From NCBI GenBank assembly GCA_036785375.1, contig JAWMAR010000485.1, forward strand, positions 62,001-126,000: a stretch of DNA of 64,000 nucleotides. The letters are read 5' to 3'. The notes under the pieces are model-generated. The model was not told the origin of the DNA. It was given only the letters and a program-made list of their open reading frames with translations, and did not search any database. Source of the stretch: Leucoraja ocellata. Lineage: Eukaryota. Below, one piece after another: positions 36,189-49,881 of the stretch. How positions within the stretch are numbered: position 1 is the first letter of the stretch; each line of letters begins with the position of its first letter. A program made the position numbers and the translations under genes.

Positions 36189-38889
36189 GGTTCAGCTCGT
36201 CTAATGGCCAAATTATCCAGCAGACCACACTAATATAAGTAACTATGGCTGGTGATTGCTGCAGGGTATCACTGCCACTGGTGCTGGACATTAACGTCGC
36301 ACTTTCAGCAGCCCTGCCGTGGTCTCTGCTAAGGTCCGTGGCTGTGACATTGTCCAGTTGGTATGCTTGGAGCTGTGAGTGGAGATTGCTGAACAGGGGA
36401 GTGAGGGGTTGGGAGGGGATATGGCTTTGTCCCTCAAAGTCCATCCTTAAGGGCAGTGCAGCCCCTGAATAATGAGAAGCAGTTGTGATCATTTCTGAAT
36501 GAATGAGCCGTAGGAGTTGCCGCTTCATATGGAATTGACCATCAAATTCCGGTTTACAATGCCATGCATGTTGTGAGAATGTAGCCCTTCCTATCAGTGA
36601 TCGTTTGTGGGTTTGTTAATGGAAACTCCAACAAGTGTGGTGTAGGCGTGTCTGCACAATGGGCAGTCCTCTGTCTTTGGGTTTTGGACCAGAGGGTCAA
36701 CTCAGCACTGCAGTCTAATGCTTCTGGAGCAGAGAGGGTTGTGGTTCTGTCTTCTCCTGGGGTTTGAAGGAAGACAGAGAAGGAGAGGGAGAGATATGTA
36801 GGACTGCAGGGGAAGGGGGAGCTGCAGGAAAATGGAAAGAGGGACAATGGCGAAGGGAGGCAGAGTGCGTGTGAGAAAATAAGTGTTACTAATCAAGCCT
36901 TATCAATCTCCACTTTAAATATACCCAATCTTGGGTACTTAAAAATACCCATTAAACTCATGGGGCCTTTATCTCCATACTACCCATAAACCCACTGTCC
37001 CTAAACCTTGTGGCCACTGTGTCCCATTGACCCTAAACCCATGGGATCGCTCTGTCCCACACACCCCCTAACCTCTCTGGACCTCAACCTTTATCCCAGT
37101 GGTCCAAGCTTCCTTGCTGTCACTGAATTACTGTAGAAATCTAATAAAAGGATGCATGACATGCGATTTATGGACTTCACATCATCCATGCTGCACTGGG
37201 GCATCAACCTAGAACATGCTTGTAAGTCTCTAAAAAGCAAGTCCACCAGCTGCCAGTTGCAAACTCAGCCTGGCACCTCGATTTCCTCATGTACGCCAAG
37301 CGAAAACAACAAAGGAATTGACACTTCAAGATAGCGGCAGGGTATTTATTCCCTGCATCTTATGACCTCCAGCCATTCGTGACGTTAGCATTTCATTCTT
37401 TGTTTGCGAGTGATGTAGATTAATGAGTTAGATTTCTTTAAATAAATCAATGACTGACTTAATCTCATTGTACTAGTGATTTTGTGGAACTTATTTTCCT
37501 CCCAATGTAATTTTACTGAGGTAGGACTTTGGCTGGTCATAAAAAGCAACGTCCATTTCCTAGCATTGGTAAATGAACACAAGTACACTCCCTTATTCCT
37601 TGTCGACATCACAGCAGGTGTCCCTGTGGCAGACGATCTTTAAGATTGTACAGCAGACAATAAACACTCTGCATATTTAGGAATTCTGAAGCCATTAAAT
37701 AAATGGTTGCCACATTGGTAAACATTCCAAAGGCCATACCACCTCTCTATTCCATTCTGATACTGCAAGATCAGAACAAAACCTACTATTTATATTCTGC
37801 CTTTAATGTAATAAAGTGCCCAGTGCACTTCCCAGGAGCATTTCGGACTCGTTTGCAGGAATGTTCTGAGCTGTAGAATTTTATAATGCATTAACGGAGT
37901 AATGCTCTGGGAACCTGTTATATCTTTTTGATGGATAGCTTGCTGACTTGCGATTCTGTAGCCCCACTTATATTGGTAGAAGAGTATTGTACCTAGCACC
38001 CTCCTGCTCGGGTTTTGTGGCTTTCAGCGGGTCTGTGGAAGGATTTGTTGCAAAGAGAGCCAGGATTTTCCCTGGTCAGCTGCCAGTTCCTGTTTAGAGT
38101 CGCTTTATTTCAGACTGTGAGTGGATTAGGTGTTATGGGTTCAAAGGATGGCTCCCGTCTTGTAGAATTAGGACCTACTTGATTAAGTGTAGGAGCGTGG
38201 AGCTTGTATGCGCACATTCAGGATATAACAGCAATGTGGATTTAATTGTTTAATACTCATTTGCGCTGCTTTTTAACATGTGGAAGAATCAGTGTTTTTT
38301 GCTGTGTAGTAACAACATTGGATTCTCTCCAACAATGTTCTGGACTTGCTTTTCTGTGAAGGAAGAAATTCAGACTCTTGAATCGGGTCTCTTTCAAAGG
38401 CCAGTGCTCCCATTCTTCAAATACTTTGTCCTTGTTTCCACAATCCTTCACTGCCTCATCTCTGAGCGTCACTAGTTAATTGCCTTCAAGTTGAAGTATT
38501 CTGAGTTGTTCTGTCACCTACCCAAGCTAGAACTTTCAGGAATTCCCTCTAAGAACTGGTCACTATCCTCTCACCTCCTTTAAGATATCTTTTGAAACCT
38601 AGTTCATTGACCAAGGTTTTGAGCCAGTATCTCTTTTTGTGGCCAGCTATTGATAGTGCGGTTGTTACAGTAAGTAGCTAAAGATCCCAGATATGTGCTT
38701 GTAGTTGGCTTTCCAGAAAGATGGCTTGAGGTTGTATAGAATTGTTCAATGGAAGCTTGTAAGTTTGGAGGAAGAGAATGTTACCTGTGATCTGGTGTTC
38801 ATACTGATCCAGTGGAGACCTAGGATCGTGTCACCATTCTGAATGGCAAAGGAGGCAGCTCTACAATTGCAATATTATGATGCTGGTGC

Positions 38890-39190
38890 AGGGACGGCAC
38901 GGTGGTGCAACTGTATAGTTACTGCATTAGAGTGCCAGAGACCCAGGTTCGATCCTGACTACGTGTGCCATCTGTATGGAGTTTGTACGTTCTCCCTGTG
39001 ACTGCATGTGTTTTCTCCAGGTGCACTGGTTTCCTCCCATATCCCAAAGACGTACAAGTTTGTAGGTTAATTGGCTTTGGTAATAATTGTAAAATTGGCC
39101 CTAGTATATAGGACAGTATTGGTGTACGGGGTAATCAATGGTCGGCACGGACTCAGTGGGCCGAAGAGCCTGTTTCCGGGCTGTACATCT
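38890..39190 (+). mobile_element. HE1-like V-SINE
   Basis: GGTTCGATCC B box, V core, GGGCCGAAGAGCCTGTTTCC tail. Confidence 0.88.
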
Positions 39191-39626
39191 GATTATAATA
39201 ATTGATAGAGATAGCTTTTTTTAAAGGATGACTGATGCAATTTCCTCCTTCAGAAGAGGGATTTGATATTGTAAAATGACCATTTATAATGTAGAGGAGT
39301 ATTCAATTCTCTGCATGTTTGGATCCCAGTCAGCGAGCCTGAACAGGAATCTATGGGTTTATGAGGTCAATATGAGTCTAGCAGTGAGCCCCTCACCTCC
39401 CTGGCCTCCACCCTGTCCATAGTGAGCTAGTGCCTTCCAGCTGTAGTTGTGAACAATCGTCAGAGATCAGTCCTCTAAACTTTGAGTTTGGGAGGAGTTA
39501 GGGCTGTCATTTGGAGGGACTGTGCCATCATCCTGCTGAATGTGTACAGGTTTAGATAGCTGCAAAGGATGACATTGGGTTTGTCAGTGAATTCCCCCAC
39601 TGTCAATTCTGTTGTTTATGATCAGG

Positions 39627-39847
39627 ACTTTGCACGTTCTCCCTCCGGCCATGTGGGTTTTCTCTGGGTGCTCTGGTCTCCTCCACATTCCAAAGACGTG
39701 CAGGTTTGCAGGTTAATTGGCTTCTGTAAATTGTCCCTAACATGTAGGATAGAACTAGTGCATGGATGATAATTGTTCGGCACAGACTTGGTGGGCCTAA
39801 GGGCCTGTTTCCATGCTGTATCTCTAAACTAAACTAAACTAAACTAA
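39627..39847 (+). mobile_element. 5'-truncated HE1-like SINE
   Basis: V core plus tail and (AAACT)n end. Confidence 0.85.
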
Positions 39848-40324
39848 AAATGAAGTGTGTAGGAAAGAACTGCAGATGCTGGTTAAAATGAAAAATGACT
39901 TTCTCATCAATAATTGTCACTTGATTCATGGAAAGACAGGTCTCCCTATAATTGCAGCACAGAGTACCTGAGGCAGAAAGTTCCTGATTTGTCAGTCACG
40001 TGAGAAATAATATTACAGCTAATAAAAATCACTGGGTAGCATAATGACTTTCAAAGCCTGTTTAGATATTCTCTTTCTATATTTTCAAAAACAGTCAGCA
40101 TCGCCTTATGAGGTACAATGGAAACTCTTTACAGCAGTTATCCGTGAAAGACAGACATGCCGGAAAAAGGTCGACACCAAAGAAGAAAGACATTGGCCTA
40201 GCCGCTGGTAAAGGGTTCTGACTTAAGAGTTCTGAACCTTTTGCACACTCTGTCATCTTCTTGAGCTGGGCAAAATGTTAGACCAAGGTTTGCAGAAAAA
40301 CTCCTCAATATGTTTAAAGGGTGT

Positions 40325-40472
40325 GTGGGAACCAGGGCCCCAGTGAGTTGCAAGGAAACATAAGTACCGGAATTCCAATTAGTTTCAAGGGAGCACTGGA
40401 AATGGGGCACCAGTAAGTTTAAAGAGGGTGGGGACCAAGGCACCAGTGAGTTTTAAGGGAGAGCAGGAAACA
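40325..40472. repeat. Degenerate ~32-bp tandem repeat
   Basis: Recurring GG(A/G)ACCA(G/A)GGC(A/C)CCAGTGAGTT...AAGG-like units, 4-5 copies. Confidence 0.5.
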
Positions 40473-40851
40473 TTATCTACTAAGTCAGATGGCAATTCAT
40501 TGGCTTTCAGAATAATAGTATAGTGAATTATCCACATTTTTAAAAACCATCAAATTCTTTCAGATGATGGAAATCAGGATGTTTTACAGTTTACTCGTGT
40601 TCAATATGAAGGCCGCAGATTGTTCTGCTTTATGGCCAATGGGAAGGAAAGCAAGTGGTTTCAACTGTCTGATGCTGGTGTACCTCATTAACCTACTTCT
40701 CTTTAGTTTTTTCAAGCTTGCCTACGACAGACTTCCAGCCTTCCTGCTTTTGCTTCCCTTTTCTGTGCACAATAAAATAGAAACATACTTGCTGTAGAAA
40801 TAATTGATCCAGGTTGGCTGCCAGTATAGGGCAGATTGGGTGTAAGCAGTG

Positions 40852-40937
40852 GTACACAAAAATGCTGGAGAAACTCAGCGGGTGCAGCAGCATCTATGGA
40901 GCGAAGGAAATAGGCAACGTTTCGGGCCGAAACCCTT
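40852..40937 (+). mobile_element. Penelope mini-element, inverted arm only
   Basis: GTACACAAAAATGCTGGAGAAACTCAGCGGG...CGAAACCCTT, nearly identical to 1826-1911. Confidence 0.85.
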
Positions 40938-41802
40938 GCCACTGCCATTAAGGTGCCAAGACGTGGGGTTGAGTTTGACTCCAGCTGATACTGGCCACAG
41001 AGGCATGAGCTTGACCTTAACTTCCTCTTCTAGACAGTAGATGACAGCTGATTCCTGGATTAAAGTTCTGATTTAGGCTCTGAAGGTCTCTTCAAGTTCC
41101 CAGTGAGACTTCAAAAGGCAGTCTGGGTTTTCCTGCATGGGCCAATGCAGCAGCACAAGGCAGTGGGGCTTGGAGAGGGACACAACTGCATGGATTGTTT
41201 TTAGTACGTGTGACCCTGGTGAACCAGAGGCCTCCAGAATCCCACCCACTTGATCCAGTACCTGGAGCTTATCAGTTGAAGACCTCCTGGTCCTAATTGA
41301 TAGCAGAGCTCCTTGGGGTTTGCTGAGAGATGGCCAATGCTTCTCATCAAATGAGCTTCTCTGCAGAGGTCCTTGTTGGAAGTTAAATTTAGCGTGGAAA
41401 AGTGGCACTAGAGGCTATCGGACAGTTGCCTGTGGACACTGAATTGGAGAATGAATCATCAAATTTAATGAGCCCCAGGAGAGATCATTAATGAGAAAAC
41501 ATTTGAGACTTTTTTCAAAGTTTTATGAAAACTGCTTGGCTAGGGCTGTCGATTACCTTGGTTCGCACCTTCAAACCAAGATCTAAAATGTGCTTGTATC
41601 TATCTGCTTGACAAGGTGAACTGTAGGTGAAAAGAATGGTGCTTGCTGAGGATATTGTGGAATTTTCCTTCTATTTGTGGCTTACAGTATATTTCACTTG
41701 AGGTGCAGTGGTGTAGAATGCATGCCGGAGTGGGTTGGAGGTGGATGGGCAAAGATGTCATAAGTAACCGGAGTAAGATCTGGACAACCATTCATTTGAT
41801 AG

Positions 41803-41909
41803 ACACAAAGTGCTGGAGTAACTCAGCGGGTCAGGCAGCATCTGACTGAGTTACTCCAGCACCTTGTGTCTTATCTTTGATGTAAACCAGCATCTGTAGT
41901 TCCTTGCTT
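41803..41909 (+). mobile_element. Penelope mini-palindrome lacking the hammerhead centre
   Basis: ACACAAAGTGCTGGAGTAACTCAG / CTGAGTTACTCCAGCACCTTGTGT arms; TSD TTCATTTGATAG at 41791-41802 and 41910-41921. Confidence 0.8.
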
Positions 41910-42575
41910 TTCATTTGATAGCCTAGCTACTCTGTCCTGCAGGTACGTCTACGATTGTTTTGGCGTCATTATCGCCCATTATTCTTTTCCAACCATTATT
42001 TTACCTCGGTTGGGAAGCCTTGATTATAGAAACATAGAAAATAGGTGCAGGAGCAGGCCATTCGGCCCTTCGAGCCAGCACCGCCATTCAATATGAGCAT
42101 ATCTGAAAATACACAAACTTTGGTGAGAGGAGAGCACCCGCATTTTACTGCCCTTGAAGTTGGCTCCTCTGTTGGTAAACTGCTAGGAATCTTGATGTAG
42201 CACTCTTGATGAGGTGAAGATAATGGTTCTGATAAGAACAGAAGAACACATGAACAGGTTTCCAGCAGCTGTAGGAGCAGTCGACTAGGCACCTCAAGCC
42301 TACCCTGCCATTTAAAATGGTCATGTTTGATCGATGCTGGCCTTAGCAACTCTCATGTGCCAGTTCCCCATAACCCTTGATCTTTCAAATATTTATCTGT
42401 CTTCACCATCAATATATCTAATGGCCTGGCCTCCATCACTCTCAGGGGCAGAAAGTTTCAAGAATCTCTGGGAGAAGAAATTTCTATGCACATAATTTTT
42501 AGATAATCAAGCCCTTATTTAACAGCAATGTCTCGTTGATTGTTCCCTCTCCCACTTTTGAAAACATCTCCACAT

Positions 42576-42700
42576 CTAAAGAAGGGTCTCTACCCGAAAC
42601 GTCACCCATTCCTTCTCTCCAGGGATGCTGCCGGTCCCGCTGAGTTACTCCAGCTTTTTGTGTCTATCTTCGGTTTAAACCAGCATCTGCAGTTCCTTCT
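42576..42700 (+). mobile_element. Penelope mini-element, sense arm only
   Basis: CTAAAGAAGGGTCTCTACCCGAAACGTC...CTGCAGTTCCTTC; TSD TCCACATCTA at 42569-42578 and 42701-42710. Confidence 0.82.
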
Positions 42701-42749
42701 TCCACATCTACCATGCCAGGCTCCTTATTTATTTGAATGAGGTTCGTTT

Positions 42750-43200
42750 GACTGATTCCTGGGATGTCAGGACTTTCGTATGAAGAAAGACTGGAAAGAC
42801 TCGGCTTGTACTCACTAGAATTTAGGAGATTGAGGGGGGATCTTATAAAAACTTACAAAATTATTAAGGGGTTGGACAGGATAAATGCAGGAAGATTGTT
42901 CCCGATGTTGGGGAAGTCCAGGACAAGGGGTCACAGCTTAAGGATAGAGGGGAAATCCTTTACGACTGAGATGCAAAAAACATTTTTCACACAGAGATCT
43001 CTGCCAGAGAAGGTAGTTCATTGGCTACATTTAAGAGGAAGATAGATGTGGCTCTTGTGGCTAAAGGTATCAGGGGGTATGGAGAGAAGGCAGGTACGGG
43101 ATACTGAGTTGGATGATCAGCCATGATCATATTGAATGGCGGTGCAGGCTCGAAGTGCCAAATGGCCTACTCCTGCACCTATTTTCTATGTTTCTATGTT
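42750..43200 (+). mobile_element. Young CR1 3' fragment
   Basis: MSGLSYEERLERLGLYSLEFRRLRGDLIKTYKI; near-identical to 3500-3976. Confidence 0.9.
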
Positions 43201-44881
43201 TGAACTCCAGGGAGTATCGACCTAAACTGTCTCTTGGCAGGTCAACCCTCTCATCCCAGGAATTAGCCTTGTGGAACTCATTTATACTGCCTTCAACACT
43301 TCTATCCTTGCATCGGTAACTTATGTTTCTCTTTCCACGGATGTTGCCCGACCTGCTGAGTGTTTCCAGCATTTTCTGTTTTTGTTTCAGATTTCCAGCA
43401 GCTGCAGTTTAATATTTGATTTTTAAATAGTTCCTCAATTTCCAGAGCAATCTCTGCAGAGCATAACTGAGAAATGGGAAATTATTTTGACCACAAGAGC
43501 AAAATCAAAATGTCCAGCAGACTTCTTGAATGATATCATGGTTGAGCCTCTTCGATGAATTTTCAGGATTTTATTGAAAGGCCATTGGTGATATTCATAA
43601 TGCTGTACTCTCATCTCTGACGCTGAGATCATTTCCATTGTCCAAGCTTACAGCTTTACTGGCAGTTCCAGAGTTCCTGCCTACAATGACCACAGACAAC
43701 GTCTAGTAGGTAAAAACCTGCAGCTAAAACGCCTAGCCATGTTGGTACTGACTAAATTGATGGACTGGTATGAGAAAGAGAACAATTGTTCTCAGCTAAA
43801 TGTTTGCCCATTGAGATGAAACAACATGTGACCACAGGACTTCTAGCAAGAGGTCTAATTACTTGGATTACTCTTTCGATCAAACACGATAAAAAATTCC
43901 AATCAAGAAGACCCTGTAAGGACCATAATTTATTTTTGGTGGCAAATATCTGCCTTTTCTCAGCGAGAAAGGCTTTCTGTAAAATTGTTAAATTGTGCAG
44001 AAAGAATGGTAGCTTTTACCTAAACAACCACATCTAATCAGGAATGCAGCACAGATACTACAGCCTTCATCTGGACTGGACTTCCGAAGTCAGCCCAGAT
44101 TTTGTGCCCCATGTTCTGGAGTCTTGAACCGATGACCTGAGTATTTATACAATCATATTATTAACATAATTTCTAGGTTATGGTGTACAAATTGAAAGCC
44201 TATGTTTGGCTGTGCAGTGTGATTAGTCATCAAGGGATTGAATATTAATCAGGAAAGGTCTTTGAGAATAATGTCTGACACATATCTTGGATCATTCATC
44301 CTCTTAATAATAGGCCCTTACAGCATGACAACCTTTCGCACTTGTTCAAGATATGAAAATCCCAAATCGGTGGTCTCCTTTCAGCTCAAGGCTCGAAAGA
44401 AATCAGCTGTGATATTATTGGCAATACTACTGGAGTGAATCAGTGCAATCAAATCAGTTTATATTAACAACAACACTGTGAGGGGAAAGGACAGAAAATG
44501 AATATTTATTTAATTGCCTGCGGCCATAGTGGTTTGTTCCCTAATGTTTGTGTTGTATTGTAGGAAATAAAGTATTCAGATTCCTTTCCCCTCCACATGC
44601 TTCATACACGACCAACTCAGTCTTTATTGCTTGGACTAAAATGAGAATTGGTTTAATGAAGCAGAGCTGTTGACAAGCTCCCAGTATATTCTCTGCCCCT
44701 GGAGACACTGGTCGTAATGCAGGCAGGAGCATGGTATGGAAATATACAGCAGCACTGGTGGTGTTAAAGATGGCCCAGTAATCCAGCACCCCCACCCTGT
44801 TCTGCTCCTCAAAAACAACATGGCTGCATCCCAATGTCACCAGCACACCTTGAGTTTATTGATAGTTAAAGGCAATTGGTT

Positions 44882-45175
44882 TTTAGTTTAGTTTAGAGAT
44901 ACGCATTGAAACACGCCCTTCTCCCTACTGAGTCAACGCCAACCATTGACCACCCATTAACACTAGTTCCGTGCTACACCACTTTCTCATCCACTCCCTA
45001 CACATTTTTTTTATTTACAGAGGCCAATTAACCTAAAAACTCACACATGTTGTGGGATGTGGGTGGATTACCTGGAGAAAACCAACATGGTCACAGGGAG
45101 AACATACAAACTCAGACAGACGTCAGGGGGAAGCTGTGAGGTAGCAGCTTTACCAGCTGCGCCACTGTGCTGCTC
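44882..45175 (-). mobile_element. HE1-like V-SINE
   Basis: TTTAGTTTAGAGATAC tail; reverse-complement V core. Confidence 0.75.
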
Positions 45176-45699
45176 TAATTAACGAAAGCCAGTGAAGTTC
45201 GTATATGTTCACATTCAGACTAGGTGTAACACCAGTCAGATTAGCTTGGAATATAAACGTGTAGGACTAGGGTGTGTAGGTTGCGGTGGGCCACAAGTCC
45301 ACATTAGATGGGTTGGTGAGACAACAGTTGTTCAGATGGTGGGATCTGATGAGTTAGTTAGGCTCACATTAGGCCTGGGAGTGTACATATTGGGGACCTG
45401 ATGTGCTGGTGGCACTCTGTACCTTCTTAGTTCGGCGTGTTGAAGGTGCGATGGTTTGGTGTAGGCTGATAACCACAGCTGGTGCACACCTTGTCAAAAC
45501 AACCTTATTTTGCAAACCTAAAGGCCCCCTGGGTGATAGTACCATGAGAGTAACCAGTCCACAGAGACACCCTACGAACTTTGCTTCATTTGTTTCACAA
45601 AGAACAACATGCATGTAATGATGGTGATGGAAAGAGTGATGCTTGTCCTTTCTCAAGAGTACACTGAGTTCAGCACAAAGCGATCTTTCAGTGATCCAC

Positions 45700-45910
45700 T
45701 GTGGAAACAAGGAACTGCAGATTTGCTGGTTTGCTGGAGTAACTCAGCGGTTCAGACAGCATCTCTGGAGAACATGGATAGGTAACATTTGAGGTCGGGA
45801 TCTGAAGTCTGAAGAGCAGTCCCAACCCAAAATGTCACCAGAGGTGATGCCTGTTCTCCAGACTTTTTGCCTGACACGCTGAATCATTCCAGCATTTTTT
45901 GTCTTTTTTT
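45700..45910 (-). mobile_element. Older palindromic Penelope mini-element
   Basis: GGAACTGCAGAT...GCTGGAGTAACTCAGCGG arm, central TCTGAAGAG...CCCAAAATGTCACC, degenerate return arm. Confidence 0.65.
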
Positions 45911-48454
45911 CAGAGCACTTGCAATCCACCAATTATCCCAAGTTCAATGATTCCAAAATACATAACAACCAATTAAGTGATTATCATGGATGTAATGCAG
46001 GAAACATGGCGTGCCGAGCAAGATCCCACTATGACAAGGCAATCATCACTAAAATGTAGAGTGAATGGTAGCTGTTAGCATTGGTGAAAAGCTACGCTCT
46101 TTCAAAGAGTGTCTTGGGATCTGTTATGGTTTCCCAAGAGAAGCAGATGGGGCTATCCAAAGGATGTATGGAATGGGAGGGTGTGTATTTCGAAAAAACT
46201 GTCTCCTGCCTTCTGCAATTTCCAAGAGTGGGAATATTTTCTTTCAGTCCTGTCCTGTTAAAAACACAATAATAACATGGGGAATAAAATCAGCGCTGGC
46301 CATTCGGCCCCCTTTTTGTCTTCTCAGTAAGATTGCAGCATTTATTTCATCGCCACTTTCTTGCTCTTGAGCCCACGCCTTTTGATTCCTTTGATCATTG
46401 GAAAATTTACAGATCTCTCCCTTGGATATATTCTTAGCCTTCACAGCCTCCGGGGATGGAACATTCCAAAGATTCCTCCTCCCCGGGTGAATGCATTTCT
46501 CCTCCATTATCCCACGGCATCCATCTTGACTGCGCTGAGAGATTTTGACAGACAGCTGATGAGCGAGGAACCTCATGAGTGCATCATGACCCTGCTTGTG
46601 CATAACAGTGTAAGAATAAGAAATGCTCTGGAAGTCAGATGGAGACACAGCTGATCTCTCTAGCCACCTCTAGACCCTCCTCACAGATGCTGCCTAACCT
46701 GAGTGTTTACAGCAGTTTCAGTCTTTCCAACTCTTCTGACATGCTTTTTTTGTCTTTTAGGTTAAAGGTTGCGAAATGTTAAGAATTGTTTTGGATAAAT
46801 TCTTCTCTCTTTGGCTTCATTTCCTCCTTCTTCATTGCTCTATTCCTCAATATATAATCCCTGTTGCTTCCACTCTTTCACACTCATTCTCTCCAAAACT
46901 CATGGTCATGTTAACATGCATCTGTGAACCCAATCTTCTATGTTAGAACCTCACCTGTCACTCTTACCACAGCAATAAATTGGCAGCAGAGTCACCAACA
47001 ATATCCCCTGGCTGTGACCATGGTTCCCCATCCTTCCTCAATCGTCCTGCCATCTTTGCAGCTTTGGATGTGGTTCAGATTTGTTCCTTGTTGGACACCT
47101 GATGACCCTCCCCAGGTTCCAGCCATAGCCACGAAATCTCCTGCAAAGGCACTTCTCCCATTCAATTAGCATCACTGTCAGAATCCTCCCCCAAACACCA
47201 TCTTCCATATCATCCATTTGTTCTCCTTCAGTATTATCATTCAAAGGCATCAAGCAGGACACATTATTGACAGCCTTCAGTTCTGTCTCCCTATCCTCAT
47301 CTCCTCCTCTCACTACTTTTGTGCTCTCTGGTTGCCTGTCTGATACATAACACCATGTTGAAACCAGTGACAATTGGCTTGTTCATGCACAACCCTGAAT
47401 GAGTTGCATTTTACTCTGGTTAAAGGTTTTGAAGGTCAAAGCCAGGTCTGATGCCACAAGTTTGGTGCCATCCCATTCCAGGCCAGTTTTATGATGGGGT
47501 AGGTTGGTTCCGATCCCAGTATCCTCTCCAACCCCAAGATTATCATCTCTCCAATAGGAGTTCCTACTTCCTGCTGTTCTTTTTATGCCACACCACAATC
47601 AAAGTTGGAAACCTTTGTGCTTATTTTACCACCGACTGTCCGAGCTGCTCCCTCATCTTCAACATTTACCAAAGCAGGTGGTGATCCAAAATGCTTGTTA
47701 TATCCTAACTTCATATGTGAAAATTTGACTTGTATTCGCTACGGTTTAGAAGAATAGGAGAATGTCTCACTGGGAGGGCTTGAGAAGTGGCAAGACCAAA
47801 ACAAATTCAAGACTAGTACATTCTAAAACCAGTGTCAGCTTAGAAATTAGATAGTGATTATTTCGCATTAATGAATTCAGTGTCATGGCAATAACTGTTT
47901 GTAGGTACTTTCATTTTAATTTTAGAATCCCTCCAGCTGTTTTCTAGTGAGTAATGGTTGCACAACATGCATGGTTTCCACATCAGCAGCCTGCAAGTCA
48001 TGCCTTTCTCTGCCAACTAACCCACCCTTTTGGTCCATTGCTGGGAAAATTAGACCATCCTGGTGTGGCAGTGGTCAGCATTCAGGATCAACTCCGTACT
48101 TCCATGTGAAGTCAAAACATTGTGTGGGTTGCCCGCCTGACGGTGTTGGAGTTGCATGAAGTGAGAATGATGCACAGTTCATACAACAACATCAAAGGCT
48201 TGCCTTGTGCAATGCTGTGGTAACACTGACATCACTTTCAGTCTGGTGTGCCCTGAGGATGCGTTGAAAGGCCTGGCTCTACTCAGCAAGAAACACCGCA
48301 GGGGCCATCCTGACATGCAGCTCCTGAAAGGACAAATCACAGAGCAAGCAAAACTCTTCTAACACCATCTGGATTGTGCAAATGAATAAAGGGATGGTGC
48401 AATAGTGGGAGAGCGTTGCAATGATCAGAGGGTCTAACAGTAAGAGGGTGACGG

Positions 48455-48682
48455 AAAGCTTTACAGTGCCAGAGGGCAAAGGGGAATGTTATAGTGAGGG
48501 GAAGAGGGAGAATGATATAGAGTGGTGGTGAAAGATAATGTTACAGTGAAGGGACGAGGAGAGTGCTACAATGTGGGTATGAGGGGGAGTGTTACAGCGA
48601 GTTAGTGAAGGAGTGTGTTACAGTGAGGGGGCATGGTGTGCGTTAGAAAGAGTTACAGTGAGGTGGTGAGGTGGAGTGTTGC
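48455..48682. repeat. Degenerate ~26-bp purine-rich minisatellite
   Basis: Repeated (G/A)TGTTACAGTGAGGGG-like units, about 8 copies. Confidence 0.6.
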
Positions 48683-49881
48683 ATTACAAATGCCTGGTTT
48701 GTTTTTAATTTCAGCTTGTTATCTGTATTTAAATTCCATATCTGCCGTGGTGGGAATTGAACACTAAATTGTTAACATTGTAATTTAACTGCTGCACCAC
48801 CATCCAGGTATGCTGAGAGGTTACCAAAAATTGTACAATTCAATGGTACGATACAAAAGCAAATATGAAATTTGATCTCGGTCTTGTTGGTGTCAAGTTT
48901 TAAGAAGTGTAATTCATCTGGAGAACACTCAGTGGAACAAGGCCTCATCTACAAAGGAGAAGGTCTTGTATTTATTGTATACCACTCTCTGACCCCAGTG
49001 CCGAAATGGCACTCAGCAAAGGGGGTTTACAAGTTGTATCATTCACACAGAATAACATTCCTTATCCCATCTCAAAGCTGTTTCATTTCCAGTATGTCAT
49101 AATGAATGGGAGAGTCAATTAGGGCCAAAACATTAACACTATTTAACAACAGTCAGGCCAGCAGACACATGAAGGGCACTCCAGAATCGCCATTAGTTGT
49201 GATTTACATCAAAATGATTACAGTATCCTTTTATTTCACATTTACTAACGAGGACCCTGAACGCTACTAAAAGGGTGATTTGACACGTTTAAACCTAACT
49301 CATTGGCTAACAAAAAATTCCGTGGTAATGACAATTATACCTTGAGACCGAGAGATGAAGAGAGTGGTATCCATTTCTACAAGTTTCCAATTGGATGGGC
49401 TAGGTTCAGCCTCCCCTTCCTCTTAACCTTGCCAAGGGAAAACAGGGAAATGCTTCACAGTCTAATTTCCTAAACTGTACCCTGGTCCTTTTATCTCCTT
49501 GTGGTGAACACTGTCATGATTCTAAAATGATCCAGGTTTGACTGTTAGAACCTCTGGGGTTGAATGGGCGATTGTATAAACAGAACTTGGTTTACTGATC
49601 ATAGGAGGAGGTGTGTATTCATATAATTGTTTTAACCATATGTAACAGTGAGTAGGCTCTGTTAACAATGTTAAAATGGGAAGAATGAAAGAACAAAACA
49701 TTTGGAGCTCAAAAATGTTACATATAATGGGACATGTGTAGGCGGTGCAATGGTGCATGAATTCAGCATTGTGCTGTCACGTACTGCAAGTGGAGGACTT
49801 GGTGCAGTTGTATACATGGGCTGCACTTCACCATCTAACTTAGTAACCTGGCTGCACAGGACGGCACAGTGTTCTGTTCCT

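Noticed and set aside
35863-36528. 221-aa minus-strand ORF, the longest in the window
   Set aside because: It runs through a mini-element insertion, has no recognisable domain, and shows no splice support.
46900-47700. Possible additional ancient Penelope fragment
   Set aside because: Composition is suggestive, but I could not read convincing ordered motifs.
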